From NCBI GenBank assembly GCA_029260165.1, contig JAJDDT010000116.1, forward strand, positions 1-64,000: a stretch of 64,000 nt of DNA, given 5' to 3'. This document shows positions 58,002 through 64,000 of this stretch, one piece after another. The DNA is from Phycisphaerae bacterium (GTDB lineage Bacteria; Planctomycetota; Phycisphaerae; UBA1845). Positions within the stretch are counted from its first letter, which is position 1, and the number at the start of each line of letters is the position of its first letter. The notes beneath the pieces were generated by a model, which was not told the DNA's origin, did not search any database, and saw only the letters and a list, made by a program, of their open reading frames with translations. The position numbers and the translations under genes are program-made.

Positions 58002-59197
58002 TGCAGGTCGACCATGCAGTCTTCACGTCGAGCGAAACCCGCATGGCACAGGGATATCGCATCGTCGCGTCATCCGCCAATCTGACCGCCGACGAAAAAA
58101 AACACATCACCACCGCCAGCCCGTCGCACTCAGCCATGTGCCCGATCAACGACGACAACATCGGCCTGTCGTTTTATCCACTACGCAGCGGGCGATATTG
58201 CATCGCACGCACCACCCACGCTGGTCTCGAACAAACCGCACGCGGTGGGCAACGCGTGCTCACGCAATCATTTGTTCTGTCCGCCGATCAACTGCTCGCG
58301 TTTGACAACAATCCGTTCGCCATCCTTGGCGCACTCAATCGCGGCGGCGCGTTTGAATTCGACGAACTACCGAAAGGCCAACTGGAACCCATCGAACTCG
58401 ACGCACCAACCGGGACGTCGTCGTTCAACACAAGCATTGTCGACGACCCCGCAACGTTCATCCTGCTGGCCAACACTTTTGCAACCGACGCGATGATCAC
58501 CATAGGCGTTGGAGACATCGTAAGCCTGCTCGAAACCGCGTTGATGTTTTTGCCCAGGCCGCTGCGATTGAATTACTCGTTCACAATGGGTCTGAAATTC
58601 GCCCTTTCGCGTCGATACCGCCTGCACGCAATCGGTGAGGCGGACCTCGCAACCAAACGCGTTATCCGGGGTCAACCCATTCAACTCGTTGAAGACCTGC
58701 GAAAAAACACCCCCGAGTCCCCATCCCATCCCTGGACCGATCTTTGGACCGACTGCGTTGGTGTCGGAAAGCTTGATATGCTCGCAAGCCTCGCAAGCGA
58801 CGAATTTGACAGCACCGACGACCACACATTGAGCGAGGTAGCCACCTATCAAAAGGCGATTAACCACATCGCCGACGAACCACTCGAGGCACTCCTGGCT
58901 GGGTGGCAGCCTGTCTCCGACGACGAACTCCCGGAAACCAACATCGAACGAACGATGTTGAAGCGATACATCACCGCCAAAAAATCTCGAACGATCACTG
59001 CAATGAGCACCGCAGACGCGTCCACCCTGACGCCATGCTGGAGTTGGATCACGCAGTTGGCGCTATCCGACGAGAATATCCGCAAGGCGTGCGAAGCCGC
59101 AGCGAATCGCATCGACGAGTTAACCTGCCCATGGCTTTCGGAACGCGAGCCATCGCAACCCGACGCAATTCCGCACGAATCCGCACCACATTCCTGA
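58001..59197 (+). CDS. hypothetical 399-aa protein translationally coupled to the GTPase
   Basis: Its ATG overlaps the GTPase stop (TGATG). No motif was recognised. Confidence 0.6.
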   Translation: MQVDHAVFTSSETRMAQGYRIVASSANLTADEKKHITTASPSHSAMCPINDDNIGLSFYPLRSGRYCIARTTHAGLEQTARGGQRVLTQSFVLSADQLLAFDNNPFAILGALNRGGAFEFDELPKGQLEPIELDAPTGTSSFNTSIVDDPATFILLANTFATDAMITIGVGDIVSLLETALMFLPRPLRLNYSFTMGLKFALSRRYRLHAIGEADLATKRVIRGQPIQLVEDLRKNTPESPSHPWTDLWTDCVGVGKLDMLASLASDEFDSTDDHTLSEVATYQKAINHIADEPLEALLAGWQPVSDDELPETNIERTMLKRYITAKKSRTITAMSTADASTLTPCWSWITQLALSDENIRKACEAAANRIDELTCPWLSEREPSQPDAIPHESAPHS

Positions 59198-59223
59198 GTG
59201 TCCGCGTGGGTGATGAATGCAAT

Positions 59224-59248
59224 GTAGCGTCACCCCTTGTGGGTGACG
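59224..59248. repeat. REP-like hairpin GTAGCGTCACCCcttgtGGGTGACG (copy 1), probable terminator
   Basis: It has an 8-bp stem and a 5-nt loop. An identical copy lies at 60730..60754. Confidence 0.6.
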
Positions 59249-59417
59249 GGAACACGAAACGACGTCATCTTGCAATCGCGCCGCCAACAACGAACGACGC
59301 TGCAAGAGTGCAAAGCACGATGATCGTGCCCACCGATTCTGCCACGGCCCCGTTGTCGCTCAATCCGTGCACGGGTATCATCCCGACATCGGGCAACCTG
59401 TCTCAAGTGTGTTGACT

Positions 59418-60632
59418 ATGTCAGATTCGATCAACTCCGCGTCACTCAATCTCCCTTCCGGAACTGAACTCGCATTTGGCACACTCCTCAACGTCTGCTC
59501 CACCCTGAATCAGCCCGGTACTGCGCAGGAATTGCTGGACAACCTTCTCCTGCAAGCCCGACGACTCGTCAACGCCCAGGCGGGCACCGTGTTCCTCGTC
59601 AACCACAGCCAACTGCGGTTCGTCTGTTGCCAGAACGACGCAAGGCCCGACCTTTGCGTCGCGCCAAAACCATACGAACTCGATCGTGTTTCGCTTTCGG
59701 GTACCAGAATATCAGTAGATGAGACGTCGCTGGCGGGTTACGTCGCAAGGTACAAGGAACCACTTCGCATCGACGATGCCTACAACATGCCGTCCAGTGT
59801 TTGTCACAAATTCGACACGTCGCACGACAAGACCACAGGCTACAGAACGAAATCGCTGCTTGTGATCCCCCTGATCGACCGCCTTGGGGACACCGTTGGC
59901 GTACTGCAACTTATCAACAAGCAGATACCCACCGGCGAAACAGACACCGCGTTCACCGAGCGCGACCAGCAGATCGCGCTGGCTGTTGCATCCCTGGCCG
60001 CCGTCTGCATTCGCAATGCAAAGCTGCGCGACACTCTTCGCGACTCGCACCTCGACACCATCATGCGCCTGTCAACCGCCGCAGAATTTCGCGACGATGA
60101 CACAGGGCAACATATTCGTCGCGTCAGCTTTTATTGTGAAACGATCGCAAGAAACGCGGGATGCGGACCGGAAACGTCGCAGATTATCCTGTTTGCAAGC
60201 CCCATGCACGACATCGGAAAACTCGGTATCCCCGACGCCATCCTGACAAAACCCGGTCCGTTATCGCGCGAAGAGCGGTTGGCCATGCAGGAGCATACGG
60301 TGCTCGGCGCGAAAATATTGAATGGTTCAGACAACGAGATTATCGCAATGGCAGAGTCGATCGCGCTGGCGCATCACGAAAAATGGGACGGGTCGGGCTA
60401 TCCCGCAGGCCTGCGCGGCGAGGATATTCCCCTCCCAGGCCGCATCTGCGCGGTGGCGGACGTGTTCGACGCACTCACATCCAAACGCGTTTACAAGAAC
60501 GCCTTCCCGTTCAGCGAAGCCATCGATTTGATCCGTCAGGGAATCGGGACACACTTCGACCCCTGGCTTGTTGACGTTTTTCTCTCCGCCAGGGGCGAAA
60601 TCGAAATCATCCACGAAGCGCTGACGGAATAA
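59418..60632 (+). CDS. GAF-domain HD-GYP phosphodiesterase (c-di-GMP)
   Basis: It has HD...HDIGK and HHEKWDGSGYP (GYP), preceded by a GAF domain. Confidence 0.85.
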   Translation: MSDSINSASLNLPSGTELAFGTLLNVCSTLNQPGTAQELLDNLLLQARRLVNAQAGTVFLVNHSQLRFVCCQNDARPDLCVAPKPYELDRVSLSGTRISVDETSLAGYVARYKEPLRIDDAYNMPSSVCHKFDTSHDKTTGYRTKSLLVIPLIDRLGDTVGVLQLINKQIPTGETDTAFTERDQQIALAVASLAAVCIRNAKLRDTLRDSHLDTIMRLSTAAEFRDDDTGQHIRRVSFYCETIARNAGCGPETSQIILFASPMHDIGKLGIPDAILTKPGPLSREERLAMQEHTVLGAKILNGSDNEIIAMAESIALAHHEKWDGSGYPAGLRGEDIPLPGRICAVADVFDALTSKRVYKNAFPFSEAIDLIRQGIGTHFDPWLVDVFLSARGEIEIIHEALTE

Positions 60633-60729
60633 CCACGTCGCCGACGAAACCTGAAGCGCCCGCAACATCTTCAGTTGCAGTGCATCACCACCACGCCATT
60701 CATCTGTATCGCCACACCGTCATTCTTCC

Positions 60730-60754
60730 GTAGCGTCACCCCTTGTGGGTGACG
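60730..60754. repeat. REP-like hairpin copy 2
   Basis: It is identical over 25 bp to 59224..59248. Confidence 0.6.
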
Positions 60755-60808
60755 AGAAAACCAGAAAGTGTCGGCGAGCGAGGATGCTGTGCTTGAATAG
60801 AAACGACC

Positions 60809-61255
60809 TTACGGCGCGTCATCATTCCCGCGTGACAGCCAGAGAAGGTGCAACACAAACGCGACGATGGCCGTCGCGCCGACAAACCCCATTGCATCAA
60901 GCCCACCAAGCCTGACGCCCGACTGACTCAGGACACCGATCACCACACCAGCCACCACCTCCATCGCAACGAGCAGCTTCAGATAGGACAACCAGTCGAC
61001 CAGTGGCGTCCCCTTTCCACCCAGCGGTGACGTCTCAAGAACCGCCTGCGCCTGCATGATCGGGCGTCTCCAGACCAGATACGCAACACCAAGCGCCGCC
61101 AGAAGCAACAGCGCGTAAACCTTCCCCCATTGCGTGAGACTCGGCACCTCGACACGTCCACTGTCACCACCGGAATCACCGGCTCCGAACAGCAGCCAGA
61201 ACCCCGTCGCAACAAGCAACGACCCAATCCACGGAATAACCCAGGAACGTTTCAT
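60809..61255 (-). CDS. hypothetical multi-pass membrane protein
   Basis: It has four hydrophobic helices and no recognisable motif. Confidence 0.45.
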   Translation of the reverse strand: MKRSWVIPWIGSLLVATGFWLLFGAGDSGGDSGRVEVPSLTQWGKVYALLLLAALGVAYLVWRRPIMQAQAVLETSPLGGKGTPLVDWLSYLKLLVAMEVVAGVVIGVLSQSGVRLGGLDAMGFVGATAIVAFVLHLLWLSRGNDDAP

Positions 61256-61417
61256 GGCAGTCCCTCAAATCCGATCAACGTCTGACGTCAAACCCACCTC
61301 GGACCAACACACCCGATATAAGGAAACTCGGGCCGACCGTCCACAGCGATCGACCCGAGTGATTTTACCTCATCGCGACATCAATAGCACGTCGCAACTT
61401 CGTTAACATCCGCACCA

Positions 61418-62791
61418 TTACGCGGCGGACACGCGCGAACGCGTCACGAGCACAAAGCCCATGCCGACGAACAGGCACGCCAGAACGATTTTGGTCATCT
61501 GACCCAAAGCAGGAATCGGCTCGATGAAGCAGACGGTGTCATCACCCCGGCTCCAGTCACCGCTCGTGCCGAACGGGCTGAAATTGCCCGAACCGCAGGC
61601 ACCGGCTGCGTCCGACTGCGTTGCCCATGCGCGAACGCCGTCCGCGAGAATCGTCTGCTCCTCGGTCACAATATCCTCACCAACGACCACGCGGGCCATG
61701 ACGAGTGTGTCCGTGTCACCGTTGCGACTACCCGCAATACGACCAAACGCCGTCTCCTGCGGTGCGAGGAAGCCACCGAAGAAGCGAAGAACGGTCGTGC
61801 CATTGGCCCAGGGCTCGCAGAATTCCACATCAAAACCCGGAGGAGGCGTGACGTTTGCCAAATCCTCGCAATCCGGTCCACCATCGCCCTTGCTGACGGC
61901 AAGGTAGAACTCGGTGATCTCAAAACCCGGAGCCGGCGTGTTGCGGTTCTCAATGTCAAAACCATAGTTGCAGCAACCGGTCTCGGGGTCCGAAAGGTCA
62001 TTCAGGAAAATATCGACATCCGGTGTGATCCGCTCCGCACCACCCGACGAAAACGTCATGCAATAGGCAAGGTCGTAGTCATTGCCGTCGAGGTCATCAG
62101 GACCATAATCGCCGTCACCATCGTCTTCCTGAGCAGATGCACCATCACCCGGAGGCGCGGTCTCCCAGAAGAAGAAGCATTCGGTCCCCACGGGAGCGGC
62201 ATTCGTGATCTCAACATGGTAATCATCCAGGGGAAGATCAATCGGCGTGTTCAACACAAACGTCCATCTGATCTCAGGCGTCAGCCCCGCAAGGATATTC
62301 CCGGTTTGCATGTCCGTGAGCGTACCGACCGACTGCGGCAGATCGAAGATCACGTTCGTCTCGTCGGGAACGCCGTTGTCGTCACCAAGAATCCGAACCG
62401 TGAAATTGTTGATACCATCTGCAACACAGTCCGCGAATCCGTTCGGTGGCGGAATAAGCCAGACACCCTGCCATTCGATCTGCGACACAGTACCACCCGT
62501 CAGAAAACGAAAATTGTCCGCGGCACGAAGACCAGCCTCTGTATCCGAATTGACCGCCAACGTACCCATCGCACCCTGACCAGCCTGGTCGGATTCCTGG
62601 CAGGTCGTGCCGCTGTCACCAGCCGCCTGCGTCTCGCCCTTTGCACTCGCGACAAAATTCGGATCCTCAAAAACCCGCACAGACCGCGAACGAAAACTGC
62701 TCTTCTCCTGCGCTACCGCCAACGCACCAGACGCAAGAACGCCCAATGCAAGCACCATTGTGTCTTTTGTCTTCATCAACCTTCTCCTCAT
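61418..62791 (-). CDS. secreted Asp/Gly-rich protein with C-terminal membrane-anchor sorting-like tail
   Basis: It has the signal peptide MRRRLMKTKDTMVLALGVLASGALAVAQ and acidic repeats. The C-terminus is IPALGQMTKIVLACLFVGMGFVLVTRSR. Confidence 0.6.
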   Translation of the reverse strand: MRRRLMKTKDTMVLALGVLASGALAVAQEKSSFRSRSVRVFEDPNFVASAKGETQAAGDSGTTCQESDQAGQGAMGTLAVNSDTEAGLRAADNFRFLTGGTVSQIEWQGVWLIPPPNGFADCVADGINNFTVRILGDDNGVPDETNVIFDLPQSVGTLTDMQTGNILAGLTPEIRWTFVLNTPIDLPLDDYHVEITNAAPVGTECFFFWETAPPGDGASAQEDDGDGDYGPDDLDGNDYDLAYCMTFSSGGAERITPDVDIFLNDLSDPETGCCNYGFDIENRNTPAPGFEITEFYLAVSKGDGGPDCEDLANVTPPPGFDVEFCEPWANGTTVLRFFGGFLAPQETAFGRIAGSRNGDTDTLVMARVVVGEDIVTEEQTILADGVRAWATQSDAAGACGSGNFSPFGTSGDWSRGDDTVCFIEPIPALGQMTKIVLACLFVGMGFVLVTRSRVSAA

Positions 62792-62876
62792 TCCTCTTCA
62801 AAACCATCGCGGGAGCACCCCGCGCTTCCTGACCATGGTACACGCCAACGCGCGCACGTTCCACGAGCAACATTCC

Positions 62877-62893
62877 TGCACATGCCGTGCCAA
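62877..62893 (-). promoter_or_regulatory. candidate sigma54 (-24/-12) promoter TTGGCACGgcatGTGCA
   Basis: GG-N10-GC spacing is exact. It lies ~85 bp upstream of the 62791 start and downstream of the EBP gene. Confidence 0.5.
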
Positions 62894-63025
62894 CGCACAC
62901 CACATCCCACGACCGGCGAATCCCCATTACCCCTTGTCATCAAACCACTTACATCCGGCGTCCGAGTCAAGCCAGCCAGGCGTTCCACCACTGTCCAACC
63001 CACGAACAAACCGTTGTTCAATAAA

Positions 63026-63052
63026 TGGACAACGCTGTAAAACAAATGGACA
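63026..63052. promoter_or_regulatory. candidate enhancer (UAS): two AAATGGACA half-sites 21 bp apart
   Basis: It sits ~150 bp upstream of the sigma54-like promoter, and a further inverted TGTCCA lies at ~62992. Confidence 0.3.
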
Positions 63053-63059
63053 GCCGCTG

Positions 63060-64000
63060 CTATTCCTCGGTTCCGTGCATACCGTATTTTTTCAAGAGTG
63101 CGTAAAGTGTGGTCCGGGAAATCGACAGCGACTGTGCCGTCCTGGAAATGTTCCCCCCAAACCTCGCCAACCGCTTTTCCAACACGTCCGCCGTCCACAG
63201 GTCCAGCAATTCCTGATAGGTGGCATCGTCGTCCGCAAACAACGCACCCGGTTCAGTCGCTTCAAACCCGGATCGGTTGTCTGCCGGCTGCGACGCGACG
63301 GATATCTCAGGCGACAGGCGATCGACATCGACAACCTGTCCCGCCCCTGCCATCGCAACGATTTGTTCGATCTCACTGCGAACCTGTCTGACATTCCCAG
63401 GCCAATGACCGTCGCACAAACGACGTCGCGCATTGGCAGAAAGACGCAAATCCGGTTTGCCAGCCTCACGACAGAATTTCGCAAGATAGTGATCAATCAG
63501 TGCGGGAATATCGTCGCGGCGATTGCGCAACGGCGGAATGTCGCAAGCCACCACCTTGATCCGATAATACAGGTCTTCGCGAAACTTTCCCGAGGATACC
63601 AACGCGGCAAGGTCGGCGTTCGTCGCCGCAATTACACGCACGTCGGTGTCAATCTCAGACGACGAACCGACGCGCATCACGCAGCCTTCCTGCAACACAC
63701 GCAATACCTTGACCTGCATCTCCGCGCTCATGTCGGCGATCTCGTCGAGGAAAACCGTCCCGCCATGGGCCACCTCGAACACGCCCGCCCTGTCCACCAC
63801 CGCACCGGTAAACGCACCACGAACGTGCCCGAACAACTCCGACGCCAGCAGACTGTCCGCATACGCTCCGCAATTGACAGCCACAAACGCCCCGCCCGAT
63901 CGCAGGCTTGTCCGATGGATATGCTGAGCGACCAGCTCCTTACCGGTCCCGGTTTCCCCCTGAATCAGAACCGTAACATCCGACTCCGCCGCCCGCGTCG
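63060..64000 (-). CDS. sigma54-dependent (NtrC/Fis-family) transcriptional activator, 5' end beyond window
   Basis: AAA+ sigma54-interaction motifs are present (GETGTGKE in revcomp of 63900-63960, ESELFGH, GAFTGA). It ends with a C-terminal Fis-type HTH. Confidence 0.9.
   Translation of the reverse strand, partial: TRAAESDVTVLIQGETGTGKELVAQHIHRTSLRSGGAFVAVNCGAYADSLLASELFGHVRGAFTGAVVDRAGVFEVAHGGTVFLDEIADMSAEMQVKVLRVLQEGCVMRVGSSSEIDTDVRVIAATNADLAALVSSGKFREDLYYRIKVVACDIPPLRNRRDDIPALIDHYLAKFCREAGKPDLRLSANARRRLCDGHWPGNVRQVRSEIEQIVAMAGAGQVVDVDRLSPEISVASQPADNRSGFEATEPGALFADDDATYQELLDLWTADVLEKRLARFGGNISRTAQSLSISRTTLYALLKKYGMHGTEE

Noticed and set aside
1-64000. tRNA/rRNA genes
   Set aside because: No T-loop-like GTTCGAATC/GTTCAAATC motifs or rRNA-like stretches were seen in intergenic regions by eye. 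The scan was not exhaustive without a covariance search.

Overview
This is a high-GC (~60-65%) chromosomal segment that looks like Planctomycetota. The evidence is a DUF1559 'H-X9-DG' prepilin-type protein, an ECF-sigma/Ser-Thr-kinase pair, a split cytochrome b, giant coiled-coil proteins and cysteine-rich dockerin-like secreted proteins. The core is a respiratory supercluster. It comprises a HEAT-repeat protein, a ferredoxin-Rieske fusion, split cytochrome b, a 1318-aa octaheme cytochrome c, a cupredoxin, ctaA, ctaB, and a divergent aa3-type oxidase operon (coxB-A-C-D plus two small membrane proteins) next to sco1 and a DUF420 gene. Other recognisable blocks are listed here. There is an NfeD-flotillin pair. 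The hpf-ptsN-HPr-ptsI cluster is present. A DUF2344 gene sits next to RNase E/G. gdhA is present. PilZ and GAF-HD-GYP c-di-GMP genes lie at the two ends of the window. A partial sigma54 enhancer-binding protein lies next to a plausible sigma54 promoter. Two candidate novel loci stand out. The first is a ~1.5-kb low-GC insertion flanked by 52-bp direct repeats that duplicate the 3' end of an FG-GAP gene, and packed with ~70-bp palindromic repeats. The second is a tightly coupled operon (coiled-coil protein, FGE-like SUMF1 domain, Zn-ribbon small GTPase, 399-aa unknown partner) divergent from a 1370-aa coiled-coil giant. No tRNA, rRNA or CRISPR array was seen by eye.
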